Source: Pelomyxa schiedti (lineage: Eukaryota > Protista > Evosea). Taken from it: a stretch of 34,907 nt of DNA. A program made the translations under genes and the position numbers. The DNA lies in contig JAHLWZ010000080.1 in NCBI GenBank assembly GCA_020536535.1, positions 1 to 34,907 of the forward strand. The letters are read 5' to 3'. Within the stretch, counting starts at the first letter, position 1, and each line of letters opens with the position of its first letter. The notes under the pieces are model-generated. The model did not search any database and was not told the DNA's origin. It saw only the letters and a program-made list of their open reading frames with translations. Shown piece after piece: positions 11,127-23,404 of the stretch.

Positions 11127-13571
11127 CTAGTGTTGGTCAACATCATTGTGGTGTGTTGGCATTGCTGGTGCTGGTGGTGATTGATGCTGGGGAGTAGAAG
11201 TAGTGGTAGTGACAGGTTCCACTGTTGGTGTTGGTGTTTGTGTTTCTGATGTGGGTGGCACAGCTGTGGGTTGATTTTGTTGTGGTGTGTTGGTGTTGCG
11301 CTTCTGTTTCCTCGCTTTGCCTTTGTTTGTTTGTTGGGGTTTTAGTTTTGCAGGATGTGCACTGGATTGCGTTGTTGTTGTTACTGATTCTGTGGGTATT
11401 TCTGGTGTTGTGGGTGTTGGTGGTTGTGATACCGGCGGGGTATTATTATTTGTTGCGGAGGGGGTATGTGATTGTGGGTCTGTGGTGAGAGTTGGTTCTG
11501 GTGTTGTTGTGGTTGTGGTTGCGGTAGTAGTGGTAGGGTGTTTTGACCTGTACTCTTTGACTGTCTTCTGGAGCCGCAGCATGAATGTGTCGATGTCCTT
11601 TCTGGTTGTGCCGATGGCGCATGCCATTGTGAGATACTGGCAGTGGTAGTGCGAGGTGTGCGCTCCGTAGTTCGCGAAGGTGAAGCTGTTTATGGTGTTC
11701 GATTTGCTGTCGCGGCCTTGCACTCTGAGTAGTGGTAGTATGGTGAGCGAAATGAAAGGTTGTTTTTTTTTCCCCCCCCGGTTGGTTCGCAACCTCACTC
11801 CTGAGCAGTTACGCGAGAATAGCATGGAGCCCAGGTATGAGGCACCACCACTCCCAGTGAAAGTGTTCAATGTCATCCCTTTTTTTTTTTTTTTTTTGGT
11901 ATATTGGTCAGGGTGAGCTGAGAGCATAACAAGATTGAAAATACCAAAAGAAATTCCGTTTCCAGGTGTCAATAGAAGTCTTTCACCCTCGGTTTGGGCA
12001 AATTCAGAGACCCGGTTTTGGAAGTACCCAAAAAGTTCCTAAACATCCGGTTAATATTAAATATGCTCCGGGAATTCAGAGGAACCTTTCTCTCATCTAG
12101 CAGTCCTTTGTAGCCCGATTTCCCCATAGACAGCAATGTGATAAAGAGATCAAGAATCGGGGAAAGCGATGCCCGGCCTGAAAGCTGTTACAGCGAGAAA
12201 ATAGGACAATGACTGTACCTGGATAGTTCTTGCTTATTTGATCAAGAAACTGCTTGGAGGGACATGCTATCACTGCACCCCCAACAGGAACAAGAAAGTT
12301 TTTGTCAGTACTCTGCACAATGGCGTCAACACGTCCCTAAAACTTGATTAGCAATACAACAAACACAGGGTCTGAGAAACTGTTCGAATGGCTTCAGAAA
12401 TCGAGTGTGTCGTTTTAGAGGACTGTAAGCCAAAGGCGTTGTTTATCACATGAGGTACAGCAAGCTTGGCGCAGATAGATCCCACTGTTACTACGTTATC
12501 CGGACAACGTGGCGCAAAGCAACTCGATGTTGTCAGTACACATAATACGTTCTCTGTGCCATGTGCAGTTATTGCGGCCTCAACAGCGTCGGTGTCTGCA
12601 GCTACTTCATCACCCTTGATAACGTTTTCCACAACCACCGGAACAAGGCCTGTGGTATGTCAATGGACAAAGTTACAGCAAGAAGCAGTAAGTGGGAATA
12701 CTTTACTAACCACAAGTGCAAATGGCTTTGAAGCAGGACTTTTGGTCCATCCGAGGCCAAACGACAAATCGAGCATTGGGCCGCATTTCCCGGAGTGTAA
12801 GGAGGACCAGTGATACACTCATCCCTGTTGCCAGGGGCACCACCATGCACGCTTTTACCCCACGGATGCCTGGAAGAATTAGGATAGTGGTCTTAATGTG
12901 TCGGATATGTACCAGCTATGTGTAGAGCATCCATAGTCATACAGTTTGTGAGTTTATAAAGAAGAGAGGACCCAGCCGCCTTTGGTTGTTCTGCATTTAT
13001 GTCTCCACTTCGGCCAATACCATGACTCATCCAAATATGCCTGCTGAATTAGAAATAGCACTGTAATTAACATAAGAATACCTGCGTGACACCAATGATG
13101 AAAATACTCTCGCTTCCCTTTCTCCAACACCAATGTTTTCTGTGTAATGCCACAGTCAATAAACCAAACAATCACACGAGAAACGTATTACTCTGATACC
13201 AGGGAAGTTGTTGCTATCCATGGCCGACAATTCAGATAGGAATTGTTCTATAACTCTGTCGTCCCACCCTTCTTCTGGCATTCCTCTCTACAAATCACAA
13301 AGTTAGAAACGAAACAGTTAACATTAAACAACAGGGGGAAAAAAAACCAAAAAAAGAAAGCCAAACCCACCCCGCAACTCATCCCATAAGTGCATGGCAT
13401 TACCTGAGACAACAGGGACTTTATCATCGCGGTGCGTTGGTTTCGTGCCTGCGATGCCTGCCTCAGGTACGCAACCGACACCAGGCCCGCTCCCATAACT
13501 GTAATATCCTCACTGCTACTGCTTCCTCCTTCCCCTCCCGTGGGCAACCCCTCAACTCCGTCCCCGTCCAT
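11127..13571 (-). CDS. SEPSECS: O-phosphoseryl-tRNA(Sec) selenium transferase (SepSecS), multi-exon, with low-complexity C-terminal extension
   Basis: Diagnostic motifs [81 protein letters not shown] (PLP lysine), YPGRAS. Confidence 0.96.
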
Positions 13572-14040
13572 GTAGTTACACGAAAAAACTAAGTAAGTAC
13601 TTGTGATGGGCGACGCAGACAAAACGAAAACAAATGGCTGAATAAAAAAAACACCAGACCGCCGATCCTGAGCGATGACAACGAAAATGACAGCGTTCCG
13701 GTCTGTTGATTATTTTATTCAGCCAAATGAAAACAAGTTTGACACCAATACCCTGCGCAACGCCTTTATAAGCACACTCAAACATAAATCCAAGGGCGGT
13801 TTTCCAAAAGAAGCTGAGGCTGAGTGACGCATGTTGTTTCCTTGTCCACCGAGACATTCGTGTCTTCTACCCGTGTTCCCGAGGCCCTGCCCACATTGAG
13901 AAAACCTTGTTGATGTGTGTGCTGCCGGGGAGCGCGTCGAGAAGCCACGGGTCTCGCTGTTCAAGGGCCAACCACCAATGGGAAGAAAAATAGGAGAACA
14001 AAAAGGTTCCAGTCCATTGTTGAGGATTCTTGTTTTTATG

Positions 14041-17000
14041 TTACAGCAGTAAATCGACCTGCGGCTGTGGTTTTGTGGCTTTGGTTGTTGTTGGTGTGGT
14101 TGTGTAGAATGCGGTTGATGCCGCTGACGACGAGGATGTGTTGTTGTGTGTAGAAGAAGAAGGCCTTGGTGAATGAGAAGGGGAAGGTGTTGGTGACAGC
14201 TCAAAGGGGTCCCAAAATAGAAGGGAATCCTGCTGCTGTGATGGTGCACTGGTTGTAGTAGTGCTTGTTGTATGTTGTTGTTGTTGTGATGGTTGCTGCG
14301 AAAACGGCGTTGATGTTGTTGTTGTTGGTGATACGAAGACGGTGGGGACGGGGCTGGGGCTAGGACTCGGATTGGGACTGGGTGTGAATGCCGATTGTGG
14401 GACAGCCGGGGACGCCGTAGGTGTGGGAGAAGCCCCCGGAGATGTGATTATGGGACGCTGCTGTTGTTGGGACTCTGAGGTGGTACTGTTATTGTTGGTG
14501 GGTGTGCATGACTGAGGATTTGGGGGCGATTCAGACTGATGAGGGGGTGTTAGTGGCCTGAGGTTCATGTCCAGGCAAAGTGTATCAGGGACTGAGAACG
14601 GGAAGCTGGTCGCGAAAGAAGCCGGGAGTGACGAGTGTTTTGGCGGGACTGTGGGACCCGAGCCGGAATTGTTGCCGCTGCCTGGCGGAATAGGTGCCGG
14701 TGTTATTGGCTTGGGCAGAATGAGTGATGGGTGGTTGGAGCGGTACGCCGGCGGCGATTGCGAAAGTTCTGAGGAGGCTCCGGGATGGCCGTGGTTTTCC
14801 GCGTAGGACGACGGGAGTTTGGAGCTATCTGGCTGTGATTGCGGTTGCGATTGTGGTGAGGTTTCGTGTGAGGAGTTGGAGGCTTGGATTGGGGCTGGAA
14901 GGTCTATTTCCAGCGGCAGGCTGGTATCTAGCAGGGACACTTTCTTTGGGGGGTTTGGAGGGAGTGGCTTCTTCGGGACCGGGGGAGCGGTGCGTTGAGC
15001 GGTGGGTTGGTGGGTGGAAGGGAACAGGTCGATCAGCATGTGTTCCCGCTGTTGAACATAGACAAGGGGCTCTAGAGCGTTGTGGAAGCTCCGGAAGTCC
15101 ATCTGGAAAGGATTGGTGAAGGTCTGGATAGGAGGAGGTTTCTTCACTGCAACAGGTGGTGGTGGGGGCTGGCGCTCTGGAGGGAGCGGGGGTGTGGTGG
15201 TGTGCTGGATAAGGGGGTGGTATGAGTGTGCCGGGAGTTGTGGTGAGGGAGGTTGCTGGGAATAAACTATTGAGCCTGATTGTTGAGATGGCTTGGGTGG
15301 TGTTGGAGGAGGGACTCTGGTCGGCGGGGATATAACCAGGCCTTGGGGACCTTCGAGGAATGAGATTTTTTGACGAGTTTGTGCTATGGGGCAAGTGAAT
15401 ACCTTTGGTTTGAAGTGATGTTCGATTCTTGTAGTCTCGAAATTTGAAAGCTAATCCTCCTGCAAATGATGATAGCCCCCCACCGTGTTCTGTAGTTGTG
15501 CTAGAGGATGGTGGCGGAGAGCTATGTGGAGGGTACTCCGCAAGACAACACTGTTCAAATGCATCATTTGGCCGTTTTCGTTGGACAGCCATTTGTTGCC
15601 TTCCGTGGATGAACTGCTCGCACATAGATTTGGAGAGGAACATGGAAAGAAACTGTGGAAATAGTGAACTAGAAAGTACTTCGAAGATTAAGGGTACTTG
15701 TTTTTCCATGGGGTGTGATCTCAAGAATCCAGATTTATCGAAGGTACCCGCAGGAACACCAGGTGGTTCGCATGACACTTGGATAAACCTATGGTAATTT
15801 CCTAGAAAACGTGAGATTTTCTACCATGGTAAAGAAATAAAGACCAAGTGTTTTCACAAAAAACGCTCTAAAGATATCAACGATCGCTTGGTTGTTTTTG
15901 CAACCTGTAATGCTAGTTAGTGTGATATCGCAGCTGGAAGTTTGGCACCATTTTCTATCACCCCATGACTGAATGTGAGTGATTGCCGCAGATTCTGTGC
16001 ATGAGTTGGAGGTAAAATAGAAATATCATCAGCTATAGTGTGCTGAAGCTCTCCACTATCAGTATCTACAATAAGTGCCTGGATAGAAATGTCATATTAT
16101 GCTCCTTGCAAAAATGATGACTTACATCCTTTAGAGCCATTTGAAGTTTTGTGGTGAAGTGTTGTTGAAGAATTCCTATCATAAACGGCATAGGCCCTTC
16201 AATGCAGGATAACATTGAATATGGCAGTATCTTTTCATGATGAAAATGAAAATATGGACCTATTCTGAGTAACGCACTGGAATAAAAACATGTTGCCATG
16301 TAAAAGGATAGAGAATGCACGCTCCCCCATACACTGCCTTAGACAATCTTTCAGCAATGTGTCAGTTAGAGACAGTAGGAAATAATGGCTGTTACCTATC
16401 CAAGTCACTCCCAAGAAAAGCAACTTTTCGCTCTGCTATAAGTGCGGCAAACAAAGCCAACATCCTTCCAACACCGAGTTTTTGCACTAAACCTGAAAGC
16501 TTTTGAAGCGATATTAGTAGGTAGGAAAAAAGAAAGGGTTCTTACTTCTGGAACTCCAGATTCTGTTTCACTTGGTCTCCATAAAGTATATTTTAATAGA
16601 GTTTGCGGGGGATTCGAGGGTGAAACAGCAAGCACGAGAGACGGGGCTGAAAAATTAAATGCGCCACGAGGAGGAGGTACAGGGTGGTTATACAGTGGTG
16701 TAAGAATTTCAAGCAACGATGCCCATCCGCCGCCCTGATACCGAGATTCGGCAATAGTCAGCAGCTCACGGAACATGGAAAACCAAGGGCTAACAAAAGA
16801 AGGATTAGGTTATTGGAACGTTAATAGTGAAAGGCGTGAGGAAAATACAAAGTAGTAACAAAGCAAATGCAGACGAAAGACTTTGGTGGACCAGGAGGTG
16901 CCACAACAAATCTTCTAATAAAGCCATATTTCCTACCCGACGAGTCATCAGACACTGCTACAGTGAAAGAAACAGGTTCCCTAAGAAAGAGTTAGATGGA

Positions 17001-17420
17001 AAAACCTGGTTACACTGAGGAAAGTTCATACAAGGACGAGGAGCCTCTACGAACAGGAGGCGGATTTGTGTATTCGTTAACCATAACATCAGCATCAGGA
17101 TAACAAAACAATCCTATGTTCCTCGGTATGGCCGAAGTACCACTGGTAGGCGGGAATGTATACAGTACTTTAGGCGCTATACTACCTACACATAGGCAAA
17201 TTCTATCAATATTAAATAATACAACACCAGGCCTTTTTTTTGCCTATTTACGTTGATACGCGATTTATATTTCGTACCACAATTTAAAATTAACAACGTT
17301 GAAGTGAGTTTAAGAATTACAAGCAGGTTCCAGAGACAAAACGAGTGCCTGGGTGAAGCACCGCTCAGGCGTCCCACAAGTCGCTGCCGTCTGTTGCGCT
17401 CCCCCTCCACTACTACTCAT
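14041..17420 (-). CDS. DENN-domain Rab GEF with long Pro/Ser/Thr-rich tail
   Basis: uDENN-like KVLYTFPP...IGLFCYPD. cDENN-like PWFSMFRELL, FAALIAERKVAF and LSCIEGPMPFMIGI. dDENN-like FDKSGFLRSHP...FLSMFLSKSMCEQFI. An intron near 15351-15402 joins the Pro-rich ORF in frame. Confidence 0.85.
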
Positions 17421-17717
17421 CGTTTGTCAATGTGATGAGAACGTTGGCGTCGCCTAAACACCCCCTCGGCTCCTTCAATTTCGTTTCGTTTCTTTTTTTT
17501 ACCTGCTTTTTTCTGCCCACTCATCACAAGAGTACTCCCACAAGTCGATGTGAAACGATAAATGCCATGGCACCATGAGCTGCATTCCTCAGTGTCGTTG
17601 CTCTCTCTGAGCAATCAATCAGTAGTCCAGATTCTCATTAAGAGATAAGCCAGCGAACCGTCGCGGCGCTCTCATTCTTATTTGGAGGACTGACAATACA
17701 TAACAACATACCAACAA

Positions 17718-18331
17718 ATGGACACTCACAAAGGACTCAACACAATTGTGGCTAATAATAATACGGCTGGTGGTAGTTCCTTGTATGTATGCGTTTGTTC
17801 TGTTATGTTGTTTTGCAAAAGGAACCATTTTACATATATGCATACAGGCCTGCTAGTAGAGTAGAGACTGTGGTTGCTGGCAGCAATGACGAGGCATTCT
17901 AACCTCTTAGTTTAGTTTGTTAATTACTTACTTACTTACATGGCCAATCAGGCGTCTACATTGTCTGTGTCACAACCACCAGTTGGGTGCTGTTTTACTC
18001 AATCATTTTTTTTTAATAATCATAGGGCACATGCACACTGTTTATAGGCAACTTACCATTCACCACTGATGCGCCTGCCCTGCGTGAACTTTTACATGAT
18101 TTCCACATTAAGGTTCGTAGACAGTTTTGTGTTACTTCAGCCTCCCATTCCACAAAGACAATCACCATTGCGCGCACTGCACAAGGAAACAGCAAGGGAT
18201 ATGGCTTTGTGGAGTTTACCAATGAGCAAGAACTCGAAAACTTCCTCCGCACTGTGAAGTCAGTTTTCTGCGAGGACAGGAAGCTAGTGTTTTCTACAGC
18301 AGTCAAAGCAAAACAAACAACCGATACATAA
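17718..18331 (+). CDS. Small single-RRM RNA-binding protein
   Basis: RNP2 TLFIGNLPF (~18035-18062) and RNP1 KGYGFVEF (~18195-18220), stop TAA at 18329-18331. The 5' exons are less certain and need one GC-AG intron. Confidence 0.8.
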
Positions 18332-18902
18332 GTAAGTAATTGCAATTCAAAAAAACCAAAAACAAAAAAGCAGGCTTTTTGTTTGGGCAACAATTGCCGC
18401 AATAGCACTAAGTTCAATTTCCCTTTCCATTTCATTTCGCACTCTCGCTGGCCAAACAAAGAACCCAAGCACAACAAGCTTGTTGATCATCACCATCACG
18501 ATTTCAAGTCATCAAAGTCATCATGATCATCAGGAAATCTCGCCCGCGAGGTTGGTCCACCACTCGCAAATGCGGAAGGTGTCGAGACATCTTTCCGATG
18601 GTGAAATATTGTGCGCCTGCCTTGTATGGGGGTAGTACTCTGCTCTTCCTGTAAAACGATTCGCTGCGGGCGATTCTACCTCGTTTCTTCTCCTGCGCAT
18701 TTTTTTTTCCCCCCGTTGGTACGGCTTTCATCAAAAAATTGATCATCAAAAAAAGAAAAGGGCAACACAAGGAAAAGACGAAACACAAAAAACAAACAAA
18801 AAAGCAAAAAACAATAAATAAGCAAATATACCAACCAACAAACAACAAACCATCAGTCTATAACTATATACCTCTTGTATCCACCAACCAAAAGTAATAA
18901 CC

Positions 18903-21010
18903 ATGCATTGTGGTGAAGAACAACACAGGTGGACGTCGTCATCGTCGTCGCCTTCGTCACTTTCTGACACCAACTTGGCTGATGCATTACCATGTAACAC
19001 AATCAACGGCAATATTAATCCCACAAGTGCGCCTTCGGGACATTCTACCGAGGACATGCTATCGTCCGCCACTCAGGCAGCTATGGCCGTAGCCGCTCTA
19101 TTAACAATGCGAGGTATATTTTAATATTTAAAATTACAATATTAATATCGATCGTGTTACTAAAAATAATACCGTACTGATGGAGAAGATATTTCAACCC
19201 TTGATTAACTGTTTGTGTATATATATATATTGCTTAACGAAATTTTTTTACAGGTGGAAGCAAATACCCTCCTTTTCCCGGGTTGGAGAACAATTCCATT
19301 CCGGAACAGCCGAGACAAGAGCAACCTGCGTCTGTAATTACAACTTCCGTTTCTACTTCTGCTCCGAGGAACAGTAATTACTCTCGCGGAAGCGCGGGGA
19401 ATCACGGAACTACCGATAGATTCTGCGAGTTCTGTGGCTCAACGACTACTCCTGTTTGGAGAAGGGGTCCTTCAGGTATCCCATTAGCGAGTTAACGTGG
19501 TCAATTGATCGCATCCACAGGGAAGACTACACTTTGCAATGCTTGCGGCATCAAGTGGAGAGTTAAGCACCAACACTCGACGCAAGGTGCTCAGTCAGCA
19601 AGGAAAACGAAAGCTGCTGCCAAGAGCACTGCTGCTCAAGTTAAAACTAAACCTTCTCCGGCTTCGACATTCCCTCCTCCGCCTCCAGCTACCCAGCAAT
19701 CGGCCCTTGAACTGTTGCAACTTCCCAGTTCTTCTGCAATAGTATACTTCCAACTGATTTCACTTATGAGCTACTAATATTCAATGCAGAATTCCGCTTC
19801 TGTGATAACCGAAACCACTTCTAAACTCCCTTCTAATGAGTCTATTTCCGCGAGATTGTCGGTTTTGTACTCGGAACTGCTTAATTCGGCTCGCCTTACG
19901 CCGCAAGGGGCCTTTATACAACAACTCCAAAACCAGAGCCCCCTACCATCTTTGCCTCTACCGAATACAACCCTTCCATCAGAATCCCAGTCTAACAGTG
20001 CTCCCCCGGCTCAAATGACCCGTGTTCCTCATGTACACAAGCACAGACACAAGCATAGACATTTGCCGGACAGAAAGGATTCTATCCAGGAGAGTACCCA
20101 AGCTTCTGATGCTATCCCTCTCAATAACTTGCACACGCTGCTCAACGATGCTGTCAATAAGCACGCCGAGCAGAAATCTCCTGAAGTGCTCACAACGCCC
20201 GAAAAGACCTCGGCAAATATCTCCGTAGAGCCACCTGTTTCCGAGCGATCTCCTCCAAAACAGGACCAGGACCACCAACTCCACGAACAACTTAGAAACT
20301 TACAAATTCAGCAACCTGAAGAATCCCCCAGACCTCTTCAATCACCAAGGACTCCAACTCCTTCTCCTCGCCGCACATGTTCTTTATCACTGATCCTCAA
20401 TGAAGAAGAGGATATAGACCCGATTGCGGCCCTATCCCCACGCAGCGCCGCCAAACGCAGAAGGGTATCTGACATGGTATGGCCCTTCATACCTCCGCTG
20501 TCACCCTCTTCTTCCGCCGCCAGCAGCCCATGGGCCTCACCACAAAACACTCCTCGCTCCCCACAAATAACAGTTCCCCCAGTCACCCAATCCTCTCCGC
20601 AAAGCACCCCTCGCCCTTCCTGCTCTTCTGCCCCACATTCCCCTCGTTCTCCCCGCACTCCAAGACCATCGCCGCGGTCCCCAAGAACCCATGAATCATG
20701 TTCCGATTCCACTACAAGTTCCAATACCAGCACCACCACCAACAACGGTTCTAACATTCCGGAATCCTCCGGCTTGGCTCCGCCACCATTCTCCATCCAT
20801 CCCGACGACAATTCCCTCACTGTTCCAACAACAAATTCCAACCGGACCCGAAAGAACTCATCGGGGACATACTCACCACCCACATCATCACCACTGTCCA
20901 CTTCCACAGTGTGGGTTCGGTGTCCACCCCTTGCCCTTCCACCCAAGCACACATCACTGCCCCCACTGTCCACTCTATGTGGTGATAGTGGCCTCAGCCT
21001 GTTGTCATAG
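18903..21010 (+). CDS. GATA zinc-finger transcription factor with disordered S/P-rich C-terminus
   Basis: Spliced [31 protein letters not shown], a C-x2-C-x18-C-x2-C finger. The 408-aa terminal ORF is SP-rich. Confidence 0.9.
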
Positions 21011-21321
21011 TGGCACATATTCAATCAACAGTCACATTCCCTATCCACATAAGGCCCAGAACAACATCATCTTCAGTTTCATCCACACCCACAATCCCAA
21101 CCCAGCAAGAATACTCAAACAAAATAACAAAAAAAAACCCCATGCAAATACATGTATGGGATGTGTGTGTTGTAGTACAGTCGTTGTTTGTTCTTTACTT
21201 TTTCCTCTTCAGCCTTTTTTTACATTGGTTTTTTTTTTGTTGTGTGCAACAAATTCAACTAACGCAACGACTTGTGATACGGAAAAAACCAAAAAAAAAA
21301 ACTCCAGACAACAAAGAGGAG

Positions 21322-23295
21322 ATGGCGTCAGCGGAGGAGGCAGCGGCAAAACCACAGGCGCGACAAGATGGTCAAGTAGGCGGCCACGGTGGCGCTGGCG
21401 CACTGCTGTTCGAGAACGGTCGCGTGCTCAAGGTCCGCATGCGGACCCCTTTTTTTCGTTTTTTTTTCTTTTTCTTTCTTCTCTTCTATTTTTCTGTTTT
21501 TTTTCTGTTTTTTTTTTGTGTTTTGTTTTGGTTGTTTAAATTACCACGATAGTGCATATATTTTATCTATTTGAGTACAGTTATAACTATTGTAGTTGTG
21601 AAAACAATACATATAAGTCACTGCATGTAGAAGTTTTGTGAAGCACACTAACGGTATGGTAATAGCCGGCTACTTGCCCGAAGGAGGTAGCATTTTACAA
21701 ACAAGTGGCGGCTGGACATGCTCCACATGCCGTAAAGTTCCATTTGGTACCACAGTTCTTTGGTACTGAAGAGAGGGACACACCTTATGGAAGGATTAAC
21801 TACTTTATTATGGAGGATATGCTTCAGGTTATTTCACTTCTGCTATCTAAATAGAAAACACAACCTTTCTCTAGGGTTTCAAGCATCCATCTATTTTGGA
21901 CATCAAGATGGGTACACAGACGTGGCACGAGGATTGCACTGAGGAGAAAAGACTTCAGCACATCGAGCAGGATTCCAAGTGAGCTCAACCTGCCTTTCTT
22001 TACCTGCAACCAACTTATTAAAAAGATGTACCACTGGCAAGTACGGTTTCCGCTTCTGTGGAATGAAGGTACTGGCTTCTTTCTCACCTCTATTCTTGAC
22101 TATTTATTAAGGTGTGGGATGTTGCAAAGAAAGCCGCTCAAAAGTTCGACAAGCGCTATGGGTGGTTTGCCTTGGAGGAAGATGCTATGGTAGAGGCTCT
22201 TACAACCTTCCTCAATGATGGTACTCGTGTGCGGACGGATATTATTCCATTTTTCCTTGAGAGATTGGATCAAGTTGATTGCAACCATTCTACGCCATTA
22301 ACTAACCTTTCTTCAGGTTCGTAAGTTTATGTCTGGAGGTGGATGGGCCATGTACGCTTCATCACTGCTGTTTGTCTATGATGATGCCACAGTAGAAGAT
22401 TCACATCCCCCTGGAGTTTTCATGATTGATTTTGCACATGCGGTAAGGCTACCCAACCCCTTGGGTGGAGATCCCAGCTATGTTCCCGGTGTTGGTAAAA
22501 TTATTTTTACTCTTTTTATCTCCACTCACTGTCTCAGATAACTTGATGAAATTCTTCCATCGCATTGAAGCAGGTAATTTCCTCCAAGAGCCTTCACATT
22601 ACTCATTTCATTTCAGGCTCTACTGCACTTAGTACAATTTTCCCCTTCCTTACTTTACCAACTTCTAACGGTCCCCAAAGAGTTGACTCTGCCAACAATT
22701 CCTGGCATAACAGGCAAGCATTCCGCTCTTTAAACACTTCTAAATTGGCTTTTCCTTAGATGCTCTAACGCCTGAGCGAATGGACGAAATGTGGGAGAGA
22801 ATGGATATCAACCACAACGGATCACTTTCCCTTGCTGAAGTGGAAAACACTCTTCATGGCTGTTTCCCTAAGTTTGCTGCTCGCAGAATGCTTCTTCTCA
22901 GGGCCTTCTTCAAGGCTGACAAATCTATGGTATTGGTTTCACTAATCTTCCTTATTTCCTCATCATCTGAACAGAATGATGCCATTGACCGAAATGAGTT
23001 CACATCCCTGATAAAATACCTGGTGTTCTACCACCAGCTTTATGAAGTTTTCCAGAAAATCGACGTCAATCGCGACCGCAAGCTGAACTTAGAGGAGGTG
23101 AAGACTGGTTACAAGATGCTAGGAATCCCAGTCACGGATGAAACGGAAGTTCGCACTGCGTTTGCCAAGGTACAACATTTCTTTCCGGATTGATTACGTT
23201 GTATTCTTACATACTCCTAGATTGACGTTGACGGTAGCGGCGTTATCGACTTTGAAGAATTCTGTGCTTACATGACTAAAGTCTACATGCAATGA
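21322..23295 (+). CDS. Inositol polyphosphate kinase (IPK superfamily) fused to a four-EF-hand domain
   Basis: QVGGHG, LLEDML, PSILDIKMG (PxxxDxKxG), GFRFCGM, ASSLLFVYD, MIDFAH. EF-hand loops DINHNGSLSLAE, DKSMNDAIDRNE, DVNRDRKLNLEE and DVDGSGVIDFEE. In-frame splicing links the two halves. Confidence 0.85.
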
Positions 23296-23404
23296 ACGCC
23301 GTGTTAGTTTTATTACCTTCAAAAATCATGAAATGCAATGCTTCTTTTTTCTTCTTCAAATCATTTATTCCCTATCACCATTAGAGAACAACAAATAAAT
23401 TCTC

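Noticed and set aside
10644-14040. tRNA-Sec or a SECIS element near SepSecS
   Set aside because: I saw no cloverleaf with a TCA anticodon and no convincing SECIS by eye. A covariance-model search would be needed to exclude them.
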